DNA of 64,000 bases from Eledone cirrhosa (GCA_964016885.1 OZ024741.1:370512001-370576000), one strand, 5' to 3'; shown: positions 1 through 14,518, numbered from the stretch's first letter. The notes: generated from the letters alone by a model not told the origin. Program-made: numbers and translations.

Positions 1-1121
1 TAAGGAGGGGGTGGAAGTGGTGGAGATGGTGGAGGGTAGAAGGGTGGAGGGCGGAAGGGGCTGTAGGGGGGGAGGGCGGAGGGGGGGGGGAGGAAGTTGA
101 AGAGAGAATAAGAATGGAGAAAGTTTAACATAATACAATCTCACGTACACTTAAATACATCCTTCTCTTTCTCTCTCCCTCTCTTTCTCTCTCTCTCTTC
201 TCTCTCTCTCACACACACACACATTTATATATATATATATATATTTATATATATAATATACATATTTATATATATATTATATATATATATACATATACAT
301 ATACATATATATATATATATTCATATATATATATATATATACATACATGCATACATATACACACACACACTCACATATATATATAAATATATAAGTATAT
401 ATATTCATACATATATACATATATTTATATATATATATATACATATTATATATAAATATATAAGTATATATATTCATACATATATACATATATTTATATA
501 TATATATATATACATATTATATATACGTATATATATATATGTGTGTGTGTGTATACATATACAAATATACACATGTATTTATGTCTCTATATATATGTGT
601 ATATATATATATATACATGTTTATGTGTGTGTGGAACATTATAGACTAAAAAAAAGAACGGCTTAAAGGACACAACGTATATATATACAAGAAACAACGT
701 ATATATACAACAGTATAAACAAAGACAGGGACCACGCCGACAACAACCAACTGCGACAATAACAATAACGATGACAGCAACAAATACATTGGCAACAGAG
801 ATTATTAAGAATCTATCGCTATAGACATGAATATTTGTGATTCATAGACCGGGCTGTAGGTGGAGGATAAAATTGGAAAATGGAGGTGTGGAATATTCTT
901 GCTTCCTCGTTTCCGCTCCCCTGAGAAGTCTAATATTCATGTAACATTTGAATTTCTTGAATGGTATTTTGTTAGACGACACTCATTCAGTTAGAAAATA
1001 AGGTTCCTTTACATAAAATAACAGCCAAAGTTCTTTTCTAGATAAGATTCACTTTGAAGCTTTTTGGCTATTGAGCCACGTATCACCCTCCGCAGGAAAG
1101 CATTTGATCCAAATAGCTGTT

Positions 1122-1543
1122 GTGGATTGATAGTGTCGGTAAAGCGTCAGACAGCATGCTTTGTGGCATACAGTTATGGCCCTTTACGTTCTGAGTTCAA
1201 ATTCCGCCGAGGTTAGCTTTGCCTTTCATCCTTACCGGGTCGATAAAATAAAGTGCCAGTAATGCACTGGGGTCGTTAATCGACCCCCCCCCCCCAATTG
1301 CTGGCCTTGTGCCTATACTAGAAATCATTATTATGGTTCAATTCAAAGGGCGGTGGATTGGAAGTATCGGTAGAGGGTCGGACGCCATGGTTTGACGTAT
1401 GGAGTTACGGCCCTTGCCATTCTGAGTTCAAATCCCGCCGAGGTTAACTTTGCCTTTCATCCTTACGGGGTCGATAAAACAAAGTACCAGTAATACACTG
1501 AGTTAATTGCTGGCCTTGTGCCAAAAGTAGAAACAATTATTAT
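1122..1543 (+). mobile_element. Two tandem copies of tRNA-derived SINE family 1 (1122-1334, 1347-1543)
   Basis: A-box-like TGG..GTATCGGTAGA, B-box GAGTTCAAAT(C/T)CC, conserved core CTTTGCCTTTCATCCTTACGGGGTCGATAAAATAAAGTACCAG, (ATT)n tail; more than 15 copies or fragments in the window. Confidence 0.9.
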
Positions 1544-1892
1544 GGTTCAATTTTGTAAATTTCAGACTCTTAGATGTTAAATGATCTGGATATTTCAGTT
1601 AGGGATTAGTCAAAAGCAAGCTGACAAAAAGTCCCTTACTGCATTCTTTCCTGTGTCTGGGGTCGATGCAATCGACTTTACCCTCCCCTAAATTGCTAGC
1701 GTTTTGCCTATAGTAGAAATCCTTATGTTGTTTCTGTGGCTGCAAACACTTGCTCTTTAGTTAGAGAGAGCTCCCCAAGTTAACCCCTTTCGGATGTTAT
1801 CTGCGTCATGGATTCTGACTTGTTCCGTGGACACACGTCGACGCTTTGTGGTTGTAAGAGTTGGTAGTGGTAGTCGTGGTGGTAATAGTAAT

Positions 1893-1934
1893 AACAGCAG
1901 CAGCAGCAGCAGAAGCAGCAGAAGCAGCAGCAGC

Positions 1935-2017
<83 letters not shown>

Positions 2018-2030
2018 CGGCGGCGGTGGT
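1893..2030. repeat. Compound (CAG)n-(TAG)n-(GGC)n microsatellite
   Basis: Direct reading. Confidence 0.95.
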
Positions 2031-2107
2031 GTTCAATGTATTTGAATATCTGAATATAAAATGAGGAATTATGAACAATGCAAAAATTTACATTCTGTAC
2101 ACACATA

Positions 2108-2170
<63 letters not shown>

Positions 2171-2382
2171 TTATGTTTGTATGTGTCTGTATGTGTTTGT
2201 TGTGTGTCTGTATGTGTTTGTGTTTGTGCGTGTATGTGTGAGTCGTAGAGAGAAGGAAAGGGAATGAGTGAGGATGGGGGGAAGATAAATGTGAATGTGA
2301 TGTGAAAGCGCGAGGGGGCTGGTAAACAACCACAAAGCTAACACACACACACACATGCTTTTATATATATACACACACACAC

Positions 2383-2431
<49 letters not shown>

Positions 2432-2443
2432 CGTGTGTATATG

Positions 2444-2541
<98 letters not shown>

Positions 2542-2544
2542 GTG

Positions 2545-2575
<31 letters not shown>

Positions 2576-2585
2576 TGTGTGTGTG

Positions 2586-2656
<71 letters not shown>

Positions 2657-2786
2657 GAACAGAATGGAATAGGGTTTCATAGATAGGTAGATACACAGAA
2701 ACAAACCAACTGCCATCACCATATCTCCCACAAACACCAACTATAACAAAAACAGCAACAACAACAGTAGCAACAACAACAGCACC

Positions 2787-2845
<59 letters not shown>

Positions 2846-3218
2846 GAAAAAGAGTAACGATAACAACAGTCGTAAAGAATCTACAACAATTCGATTACAG
2901 CATTTGTCTTGATACCGTTTCCACGGAACAAATGATGGCTTACTGAAATTAAAATAGATATGTCGTTCTCATGGCGTGTTGTTAATGATGATGATGTTGA
3001 TGTTTCTATTTTGTGGTAGGAGTCTGTATGAATATATGCATGTGTGTGTGTATGTATGTATGTACACATGTATGTATATATATATATAGGAAAGTAAAAA
3101 ACAACAACAACGCAGGAGTACAAGTTACAAATGGTATATATATATGTATTCAAATGCGCGTGTATATACATGCACACATACATACACACATACATGCATA
3201 TGGATATATATATGTATG

Positions 3219-3295
<77 letters not shown>

Positions 3296-3396
3296 GTACA
3301 TTATTGTGTACGTATACATGTATCTCTCTGTATATAATACATATATGTATATATATATATATAATTGTATATATATATATACATATATATATATAA

Positions 3397-3682
3397 TGTG
3401 GAGGCACGTGGCCTAGTGGGAAGTGTGTTGGACTTGCGATCATAATGTGGTGGGTTCGATTCCTGGGTTGCGTGTTGTGTTCTTGAGCAAAACACTTCAT
3501 ATCACGTTGCTCCAGTATACTCAGCTGGAAATGAGTACCAGCAATAGCTGGATGTTTAACCCTGTGATAGACTGGCGTCCTGTCCAGGGGGGAGTCTTGT
3601 ACTCTCAGTCGCTTCACGCCATGAAACCGAGATAAACACCAGCCAAATGAGCCTTCTGGCTTAAGACAGACTTTCGACTTGG
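3397..3682 (+). mobile_element. tRNA-derived SINE family 2
   Basis: A-box TGGCCTAGTGGG, B-box GGTTCGATTCC, body TGTGTTCTTGAGCAAAACACTT..CACGTTGCTCC; related copies at ~8990-9140 (-) and ~21530-21660 (+). Confidence 0.85.
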
Positions 3683-3699
3683 ATATATATATATAATAA

Positions 3700-3748
<49 letters not shown>

Positions 3749-3796
3749 AGAGGAAGATGTATATATATATTATTCTATTCTAGGGCGGGTAAAATT

Positions 3797-3940
3797 CCCG
3801 AGATCCATGGACAAGTTCTCTCCAGCAGTGTCTATCCCTCATTATCGCTGCCATGTCCTGCGTCTACAACAGACCAGTGTCTGTCCTTAGGGCATCAACA
3901 TACGTTAACCTTGGTCTTCCTCTTCCAGTGTGTCCATGTA
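3797..3940 (-). pseudogene. 3' end relic of RTE-like LINE ORF
   Basis: Minus strand translates HGHTGRGRPRLTYVDALRTDTGLL*TQDMAAIMRDRHCWRELV, a typical non-LTR C-terminal RGRP..W motif. Confidence 0.7.
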
Positions 3941-4172
3941 AGTGTATTTGTAAGTGTAAGAATATGTTTGAGGTGAGAATACATCATGGTGGATTGAAAT
4001 GAACAATGGGGACTAGTTCCTATAAGTAATTCAATTGCTACCTCTTTTGCTATTATCTATGTGAAATAAACACACACACATACACATGTGTGTGTGTGTG
4101 TGCGATATATATATAGGAAAAAAGTCAGGACCCTCTACGGCTGAGCTCCGTCCGTTTCGATAACTAGATCCG

Positions 4173-4237
<65 letters not shown>

Positions 4238-4302
4238 TGTATGTATGTATTATGTATGTATGTATGTATGTATGTATGTATGTATGTATGTATGTATGCA
4301 TG

Positions 4303-4353
<51 letters not shown>

Positions 4354-4692
4354 ATATATATAATTCGTGAAAAGTATATATAATTTTGTGAAAACGTGTG
4401 TTGAAACAGATGTTGTTGGGAAGGGGTCATGCTGCCAATAAACACACATGCACCTGTTGGTTGTCACTTCAATTTATTATACATTTCCTGCTCCACAAGC
4501 AATCTCGCCATTACTGCAATTTCTACTTAGACAATATTGGCCATTCCATTACATAAAATAAAATGAGCCAACATTGAAACACTCAACTTCGTCAGATGGC
4601 TTTGAAAATATATTCACCTGTTATACTATATATACTGTATATACTCGATAATCATATGTACTATATATTGTATACTACCATCACACGTCATA

Positions 4693-4832
<140 letters not shown>

Positions 4833-5095
4833 AAATAAATAAAATAAAAATGGTGTAGACATTACAATACAATAGGAGGAAACATAATAGTACCACTGAT
4901 GATGTCGCAGATGTGCGACGAAAGAACTTTGAAAGACTATATATATGTATATTTATATCTGTATGTTTAACCGTTGGTCAATCAATGATAAACATTGATT
5001 GCCAAATAAATTAACTATAAAAGATACTGAAGCGAAAACCAACCCAAACCAAACAGTGAGTGTGTTCTGTTATTATTTCTGGCAATATTATAAGA

Positions 5096-5149
<54 letters not shown>

Positions 5150-5262
5150 AAGGATAAAGATCCCATAACTCCTTGTGGAGTCGTAGACACACCGTCATAC
5201 GGTGTGTCTAGGGTACATTTAAACCTGGCTGAGCCCAACCCTCTCCGGGTTTGAACACAGCC

Positions 5263-5400
5263 GAATTTTACTATAGAGGAAAAATCGGCCCCAGTACTGG
5301 ACTGGTACTTTTTTTATCGACCTCGAAAGGATGAAAGGCAAAGTTGATCATGCTGGGAATTGAACTCGGAGCGCACAATGAGGTGGGACGAATACTGTAA
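5263..5400 (-). mobile_element. Diverged SINE family 1 copy
   Basis: Reverse complement of the core (ACTGGTACTT..ATCGACCTCGAAAGGATGAAAGGCAAAGTT) and B-box. Confidence 0.75.
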
Positions 5401-5506
5401 AGCATTCTACCAGATGTCTTATATATTCAAAGGGATATATGTATATAGACTAGGCAGAGGAAATACTGTATATATTTTATCTAATGATTCTTCAAACTTG
5501 CAATTT

Positions 5507-5542
<36 letters not shown>

Positions 5543-5568
5543 ATAGTATATATACCACATTTAGTATA

Positions 5569-5640
<72 letters not shown>

Positions 5641-5842
5641 TTTTTAATTTTTAGGTTTGTTGGTTCACCACTGGATAGAACTGGTCATTCCGTATGGTCA
5701 ATCCTGGTGTAATATTGTGAAGAGTACTCAACGCAGTGCAGTTCACCCGTCTTCGTTTGTGTAGTTGGTGGTGTGAATACGGAGTTAATTATAAATGAAA
5801 TAACAGGAGGGTGGACTGGTGTAAATCCTTGAAAGGTTTATT

Positions 5843-5900
5843 ATACTATGATCATTTCAATGACCGGGTTCCATATGAATCCGGTGATATCATCAGGTAT
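5843..5900 (-). ncRNA. Type-I hammerhead ribozyme motif, family E
   Basis: AUAC-CUGAUGA-long stem II-GAAA, palindromic stem III AUGAUCAU, A^GUAU; stem I AUAC/GUAU; second copy at 50301-50358. Confidence 0.7.
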
Positions 5901-6879
5901 TGGAATATAACAAAGGAATATGTAAAAAACCATGGGTACGAAAAATCAGAGACAGAGACAAAGAGGACGACTGACCAACTAGCTTCTCGGCCACAGTCGC
6001 CCTCAAAGTGTTGGCAACTGAAGCTACTAATGGTGGCTACTAGTGTGGTGGCTTTACCCTGGCTGCGCGCTGGGCACTCGGAAAGTTCAGCCTTCCTTGA
6101 GTGCTCGGAAAAATAAATTTCTCCTCTTTCGGTAAACGAAATTACTCGGAGCGGAAGCTTGGCCCCGGTCCCACCGCGCCGCCTGTTTTGGCCGCCACAT
6201 TATACTTATACCTATAAACTCCAGGTTTGGGCATAACTATTGGCTGTATCATGCCTCTACTGGCACGTAAATAAACCCTCATGTGTGATTTAATAGTATT
6301 CGTTTGGTATAGACGATGGCCTGTCGAAATTGTGGAGTTCCCGCTAGCGCTCCCAGGGCCTGAGGTAGCTACGTTCCTAGAGTACTCGGAAAAATTAATT
6401 TCCATTTCTTTCGCTGGACGATACCACTCGAGAATGGCTGACTCATGGTGGGGGGTGCTGGCTGGGACTCGCAATCGAAATCTTTACTCTATATCCCATC
6501 CTAATATCTTATCGACATAAATTTCTTCACATAAGACTCTCTCCGTAAGTTCATTAAATAAATAAATCTCGCTACCTTATCTTTAATTCTCTAATAACTT
6601 ATTTTTCAATCTATCATTTTGCAATTTAATATTTTTAATTTAATTTAATTTAACGTTCCAATCTTCGGTTCAAACATTAGACCATACAGACACCCATTAT
6701 AGATTCTTTTGGGTAGCATTTTTTCGCGGCATTTTCTCACATGAATGTAGTATGACCCTTACACTACACTTCTTTCTCCCTTTCTTTTTTTCTTCCCCTT
6801 CTTCTTTGACGGAGTGGTGGTAGTGCGTTATAAGCCTGCGCCCCCTCACCAGATATTCATTAGTATATATATTTAGAAC

Positions 6880-6981
<102 letters not shown>

Positions 6982-6988
6982 GTATATA

Positions 6989-7118
<130 letters not shown>

Positions 7119-7160
7119 TATAAATATATACATATATATATATATGTATATATATATGTA

Positions 7161-7287
<127 letters not shown>

Positions 7288-7339
7288 GTATATATATATA
7301 TGTATATATATATATATGTCTCTCCACCACTCCCCTACA

Positions 7340-7490
7340 CACCCTTTGAACTCTCTTCCCACACACTTTTCACCTGAAGAAGGGCTTATGCCCGAAACGT
7401 CGTTCCCCACCACCACCCTACTCTCAAGAGCGTGAAATTAATAAACATTCGTTGTACTGCCTCTCTGTTTTGTTCCTGTTCAAATTTTCC

Positions 7491-7492
<2 letters not shown>
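7340..7492 (+). mobile_element. Penelope pLTR-like fragment with minimal hammerhead (7371-7403), family D
   Basis: CUGAAGA-A-GGGC-UUAU-GCCC-GAAAC-GUC followed by an AATAAA-containing pyrimidine-rich tail; flanked by (TA)n; stem I only 2 bp. Confidence 0.65.
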
Positions 7493-7547
<55 letters not shown>

Positions 7548-7548
7548 G

Positions 7549-7588
<40 letters not shown>

Positions 7589-7695
7589 TATATAGTGGTG
7601 GAACACTGGAAGGTAATATCCGTAGTGGTAGAGCATTCAGCTAAGGTGAAACAATTGTTTTCGGTATGGTGAGCTAACTGTTGTGTAACCACTTC

Positions 7696-7753
<58 letters not shown>

Positions 7754-8032
7754 ATATATTAAATATACGCTATATACCATGTACAACCACCCACTTACTA
7801 AATAGCTATATATACTATATGAAAATATAACGAACAGAATGATGATACCTATATTTATTATAGTTGATACCAATTACAGTAGTTGAATATATCAGAAAAA
7901 GTAGCCCTGGAGAAGGGAGGAAGTGGACGGACGCGTCTCATAACCCCATTTACTCAACTAGCGTTATAGTTAACTGCATTGTGGTGGTCCTATTTTCATA
8001 TTTACAAATGCTTCGTAAGTGAAGCAAACTCT

Positions 8033-8075
<43 letters not shown>

Positions 8076-8211
8076 TACACACACACACAAACACACAAAC
8101 ACACACACACATATATGTTATATTAACTTATGTTCATACAGACCTACGGATATTTTCTCTCTCTTTCTCACTCTCTCCCTCTCCCTCTCTCTCTCTCTAT
8201 ATATATATATA

Positions 8212-8253
<42 letters not shown>

Positions 8254-8989
8254 CGCCCCACCACCACCAAGTAATACAGGAATATGTTCATAAGAAAAAT
8301 ATATCAAAAGTAAGAAGAATTATGAGGTGTGGATGAAGAGAAATAAGAAATTATATAAGATTCCTATAGAAAGGAGCTGAAAGAAGAGCCATTGTGTTTC
8401 CTTACACATGAGCTATTCCCCAGAGGAGATAAATCTGACATAAATAAATTAATAAACTGAAGTTGGGTATTTAAAAGATGGATTGTCTCTCTGTTTGACT
8501 TTGTTAACTCAATTTGGCTTCTTAGTCTTTGTGTGTGTATTTATCGACGCATGTATATTTGTATGTATATTTGTATGTATGTATGTATGTATGTATGTAT
8601 GTATGTATGTATGTATGTATGAATGTATGCGTGTATGTATGTATGCATGTACGTATGTATATACGTAGGATCGTACGTATGTTGTATACACGTATGTATG
8701 TATGTATGTAAGTATGCTACAGTCTTTTCTTTTATATTTCCAATTTATTCTGACCGACCACCTTCCCGGTGGCAAGGGTCTTTCCGTCGTCCGTTGCCTA
8801 ACCATTTCATCTTCTAAATTTCAAGATCTTGCGTATTTCATAGTTTGAGATAGTGCGGCTAACTGTAACCTATAAATCACGGAGCTGCATTCTTTCTTCA
8901 AGAATGCAAGTAGGGTCATATTTTCGTCCGGAAGAGTTGTTATATATCCTGCAGTTAAAGTTTCATCAGGCGGGTGATTATCCCCGCTT

Positions 8990-9140
8990 TCCCTGGCGCT
9001 AAGTGAATGAGAGTTCAAGACTCAACCTGGATAAGATGCTAGTCTATCGCAGGTTTAATTCCCCAGCTACTGCTGGTACTCATCTCAGGTGTGTGTTCTG
9101 GAACAACGTGAAATAAAGTGTTTTGCTCAACAACACAACC
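8990..9140 (-). mobile_element. 5'-truncated SINE family 2
   Basis: Reverse complement matches the body of 3397-3682 (GCTGGTACTCAT..CAACGTGAAATAAAGTGTTTTGCTCAA). Confidence 0.75.
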
Positions 9141-9276
9141 ATATATATACATATAGTCCTGTAGAAGCCATTTCTATACTATACTGTATCCCACTCTCAA
9201 GCGTGACACTAATATTAACATTTTGTACTGCCTCTTCGCTTCCACGTTGTTTTTTTGTTTTTTGTTTACTATCTCA

Positions 9277-9342
<66 letters not shown>

Positions 9343-9899
9343 GGGTGGTTGAAAAGGTATCCGGCCTTAGGCTGGAAATGATATGCATTTGGTATGGTTC
9401 AATTGCTGATCATTTTCGAAGTAAACTTCACACAATAACTATGCTTGTATGTCTGGTTGTATGCATGTATCTATGTATCTATATATTCATGTATATATGC
9501 ATGCATCAGTGTATGGATATATGTATAAACGCATACATAATGATACATATGCAAATATCACATAACCGGATAACTCCCACAAAGACCATACATGTACATA
9601 TAATTTATATTCTCGAATTAAAAAAAAAGACAATGACAGCTGGACTAAACCTAACAGCGAAAACCAGCACACAGACAGAGACACTGCACAGATTGAGACA
9701 TAACAGCATTAACAAACCATCTTACAGAACCACAGAGTGATAAAATACAAGTATGATTTGTGATCAGTCTAAAGAGACCCCGCTTTAGAGAAAAATAAAA
9801 CATTAGCTACATCAATTTTATGATATTCTTATCATAGCACATATCGACACCTTGCTTGCTCCAATTTCTTTGTATTCTTTTCCTCATATTTTAATTTCA

Positions 9900-10101
9900 A
9901 CTTTGGTAGACCCGAGAATGAGAGTTGGGTGACCTCCATGAGCTTTGCTGGTCACGCTTAGGGATCCAGCAGGATCATTTGGAGACGGTTGCTGCTGAGA
10001 GGACCCGCTTGAAAGAGTGTTTGAGGGCTCTGCCAAACACGACCCTCTCAAGAAGAAGAAGAAGAAGAAGAAGAAGAAGAAGAAGAAGAAGAAGAAGAAG
10101 A
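9900..10101 (+). mobile_element. 3' end of RTE-like LINE with (AAG)n tail
   Basis: Similar to 23735-23910 (GGTAGACC..TCCATGAGCTT.GCTGGTCA..GGGATCCAGC.GGATCA), ends in (AAG)n. Confidence 0.7.
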
Positions 10102-10697
10102 AAGTTTCATTTTCAATTTTCCGTTCACTTCCCAAATGTACTCCACTCACCTGTCAACCAACATATAGCACCCCCACCCCGCCACACTACCAAATTATGG
10201 AGTTGGTGGACTTGGCAGAGGTTGACAATAAAAATTTGATTAATATTGTTGTTTGCCTTCGAAACGGTTTAAAATTGACCGTTGAGAATTCAAGCCTATA
10301 CACAGATCTTTAAGTATATAGTACTGAGTTGAATAATAGTCTTGTTGGTCTTTACTAGTAAAATGTCGTCCATATATATATATATATGTAGATAAATCTA
10401 CCAAAATATATGGTAGTGTCCAATCCGTATGAAGAACTCAATGTAATCCAAATATGAAAAGAGAAGATGCATTCAAAATTTTTCGATGAAAATCATAGGA
10501 AAACAGAGTCAAGATAAATTAATAAAAACAATGAATAAAAACAAAGAACAAGTTCCTTATATTAAAAAATTCATCATTTTACGATATATATGTGTGTTGG
10601 TATGTATATCATATAGATCTATGTAAAAATATTACAAACTATCAGAGGGAATAAACATACCTTCACATATATATGCTATACATATATATATATATAT

Positions 10698-10761
<64 letters not shown>

Positions 10762-10819
10762 AGAATTTTATTTCTCGCACTCGCACAGCTGATACATAAA
10801 TGTGTAGTTAAGAAATTCT

Positions 10820-11025
10820 ATATATTTTCAACCGTTCAACAGATTGGCAGAGGTATACAGTCCTGATGAATGGCGATGGCCCTGAAACATGTTGATTGTT
10901 CCTCAATGCCAGTGTTGAACAAATGGATGACGATTTGTCATCGGCAGAGCACAGCATTAATCGGGCCGTTTGTTTACAAACGAACCGAATGTTATTATTA
11001 ATATTTGATATAACCCATACGTACA
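10820..11025 (+). mobile_element. HHR repeat family B, divergent subfamily (hammerhead 10857-10899)
   Basis: ACAGUC-CUGAUGA-stem II (GGC/GCC)-GAAA, palindrome ACAUGU, U^GAUUGU; downstream GTTTGTTTACAAAC..CCCATACGTACA shared with copies at 38.4-38.75k, 40.2k, 46k and 50.5k. Confidence 0.8.
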
Positions 11026-11072
11026 TATGTATATGTATATATGTGGGTATGTATATATATATATATATATAT

Positions 11073-11745
11073 TAGGGAGGTCCTTAGCAATAGGTAATTT
11101 TCTGAAAGTTAAAATGTTGTTGCTCCCACCCCTTAATCCTCTTCCAATAAACAAACACACGGGTTGTGCAAAATTTCAGTTCAAGCGGAAAACTATTGGA
11201 TGACCCTCAAACGCCTTGAAGTTGGAACATAGTATACCCAACGATTAATTTTGTTCAAAAGTGGTATACTGTTCTCTATCTCGACCATTTTCTTTTTTGT
11301 TCTTTGAGAAATTTATGTGGACACATCCAAGCAACCCCAGCAAATGTTTAAAAACGTTCTGAATCAATTTACCAATAGTTAATTTGAAAAATTCCTGAAA
11401 TAACATGAAAAACTTAAGAAATATTAGGTTTTTTTAATAAAGCACACAACTTCTATAAGAGAAACGCATTTTTACAACAATAATTTCTATAGAATCAAAA
11501 ACATAATGTGAGCACAGAACACTGAATATTGAACATTATTGTTGCATAAGAGAGGATTTAGTGGCAGTTGGGTATGTTTTACAGTTTTCGGTAACGATCT
11601 ATAAAACAAATTGTTTCTCAGTTTCGTCTTTTGTGAGAATGTTATTGTAATCCTGAATGAGTTTCACACCTCTTTCTACAACATTATTCACTAGTCTTCT
11701 CAAGTTTTTCAAGTCCACTTTTGTAACCAGGACCATCCTTCCATG
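11073..11745 (-). mobile_element. DNA transposon relic (probably hAT/hATm-like): transposase C-terminus and one end
   Basis: Translates LVNNVVERGVKLIQDYNNILTKDETEKQFVL, resembling the VNDxAERGVKL transposase motif; putative terminus TAGGGAGGTCC at 11073; superfamily assignment from memory. Confidence 0.55.
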
Positions 11746-11801
11746 TTGAAGGGTCTCTGTCGAGGAAATCGGAGCTGATATATATATACATATATATATC
11801 T

Positions 11802-11938
11802 TTAGTTTATCGACCCCGTAAGGATGAAAGGCAAAGTTAACCTCGGCGGGATTTGAACTCAGATCATAAAGGGCCATAACTCTATGCTGCAAAGCATGGT
11901 GTATGGCGCTCCACCGATAGTGCCAATCAACCGCCCTA
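11802..11938 (-). mobile_element. SINE family 1 (3' part missing)
   Basis: Core, B-box and head on the reverse strand. Confidence 0.85.
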
Positions 11939-12546
11939 GTAAAAGTAGTAATGATGAGAACATTAATAGTAATGTTCTCGGATTTAGGCTCGTACATAAG
12001 AACGGTCGAGACGGTGTGGAGCATGCGTAAACGAGGATATAGTGTACAAAAACAAGTCTGCATATACATGTACACATATACGTGTATGCATGTACACATG
12101 TAAGCGCACGTGCGTTTGCACGTGCGCGCACAAATGCATACATATATGTGTACACACACCTACTTAAAAATAATATGCGTACATATATTTATATATATAT
12201 ACATATATGCATAAACACATATATACAAACTCCCTCTCACACACACACACACAGAGCGAAAGAGAGATCTAAATCCAGACCGCGGTGCTAAGCTGTTTCC
12301 GCTTAAGTGTTCAGCAAGCTTTTTCAATGGCTTTAATTATCCCTATACCCACTGTACATGTCCTCCGCAGACTATTTATGTAGATATAATATATATATAT
12401 CTATATACATATATATATATATGTGTATATATATATATATTATTATTATTATTATATTATTATTATTATTATTATATTTAGGTAGGGTCATATTGTTATA
12501 ATATTGCAAGAACTCACTGTTTGGTTTGGATTGAATTGTTTTCTGT

Positions 12547-12613
<67 letters not shown>

Positions 12614-12751
12614 TAAAATAAAAGATTAAAGTTTAAGCAAAGAATCGCTTAAACTTTAACCTGTTATTTTAATAAATATTTGCTCCACAGTTCTAATATA
12701 TTTGATATCGAGCCCTCTTTGGATTTTAGTCTTCAAATTTATTATTATTAC

Positions 12752-12799
<48 letters not shown>

Positions 12800-13052
12800 A
12801 TAATATGAGGAACACCTGTATTATGTCACTGAGCTACATAATTGTTTCTACTATTGGCACAAGGCCATCAATTATATCAGTGCATTACTGGTACGTTATT
12901 TTATCGACCCCGTAAGGTTGAAAGGCACACAAACGCGCACACGTAAGTCTTAGTGTTTTTGCATCCGTGTGTTTGTGTTGTCTTTTCTTTAACTCTCTCT
13001 ATATACATACAAATGGGTGACCAGCAATAAAATTTCCACTTTCCCTTATATA

Positions 13053-13755
13053 ATTGGATATATGAGAGGGATGAACACAGATATAAGTATACATGTGTTC
13101 CAATTGTAAATGACCAAGTTAGCTAGGTTGAAAAAATACTAATTTAAAACAATATGGTTTGCCTGACTCGATTTAACGTAATAAATCAATAAAAATAACA
13201 AACCTATATCGGGAAAATAGCCTATGATTCCCGGACAGATGTAAATCTGTTACGCAAGGATTATTAACTGAAAGCTATAATTCCTGTGCTCTTCTGCGGG
13301 TATCCAGGAAAATTCGTACCTTTCACCTCAAAGGATCTAAGAAGACTGAACGATGTGCTGGTATAAACGCACATGTCGCAGCGCCTAACACGTCTCATAC
13401 TCATGCCGCTAAAAATAGCAGCCAGGTTTATGAGACTAAAGTTAGCCCTACATACGGAGCCATGAATATCATAGATTGAGTTAGAAACACAAAATAGTCT
13501 TTTACAATTAAATATCTCAAAAAAAGGAATCTTTCCGAGCCGATTGGATATATGAAAGGGCATGAACACAGATATAAGTATACATGTGTTCCAATTGCAA
13601 ATGACCAAGTTAGCTAGGTTGAAAAAATACTAATTTAAAACAATATGGTTTGCCTGACTCGATTTAAAGTAATAAATCAATAAAAATAACAAACCTATAC
13701 CAGCAATAGCCTTTGATACCCGGACAGACCCAAAATCTGTTTCGCAAGAATTATT
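13053..13755 (-). mobile_element. 1.4-mer of a ~490-nt HHR-containing unit (family H) with 13-bp TSD
   Basis: 13053-13263 repeated at ~13543-13755; flanking direct repeat TTTCCCTTATATA at 13040-13052 and 13756-13768; hammerhead fold at 13226-13304. Confidence 0.8.
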
Positions 13756-14042
13756 TTTCCCTTATATACATTTTTCCTATTTTATACAAATCTATCTGTC
13801 TTTTATTTCTTCTCTCTTACCTTTCTTCCGATAAAGGACTAGCGTCCGATATGTTAAGACAGATTTCCATCTATATCAAGTGTTAAACTAATACACCATA
13901 ATTGCATTGTATTGTTCTCCTGTTGTTTTCCTTCGTTGACTTTTAGTCTATATATGGGCATATATATCCATATGTATATCCTTACATATATACATAGATA
14001 CACTCATACACACTTTCATAGATCCGTATAAGTGGGTGTATA

Positions 14043-14140
<98 letters not shown>

Positions 14141-14161
14141 CGTATATATATATATGTATAC

Positions 14162-14194
<33 letters not shown>

Positions 14195-14265
14195 TTTGTA
14201 TATATACATATATATATATATATTTAAATATATATACATACATATATATACACACACACACATCC

Positions 14266-14299
<34 letters not shown>

Positions 14300-14479
14300 C
14301 CATCTAAATATATTTGCTGAACCGTCTTAAGTAGTGTTTCTAGGATTAAATATAATATTAAGGGTGTTCCTGTTATTGTCAAACCATTTTCATATCTTCA
14401 TAATCGAGTTAGAGGTAATGTAAAATCACATTGAGCATAATTATTCGCTAAGCTTTTACATGATATATCAGATTTATGA

Positions 14480-14518
<39 letters not shown>

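Noticed and set aside
1347-1440. tRNA genes at SINE heads
   Set aside because: A and B boxes are present, but spacing is expanded, no cloverleaf is evident, and each runs into a SINE body.
6142-6474. 110-aa minus-strand ORF in a GC-richer patch
   Set aside because: No recognisable motif; it lies in an internally duplicated region next to a family E repeat.
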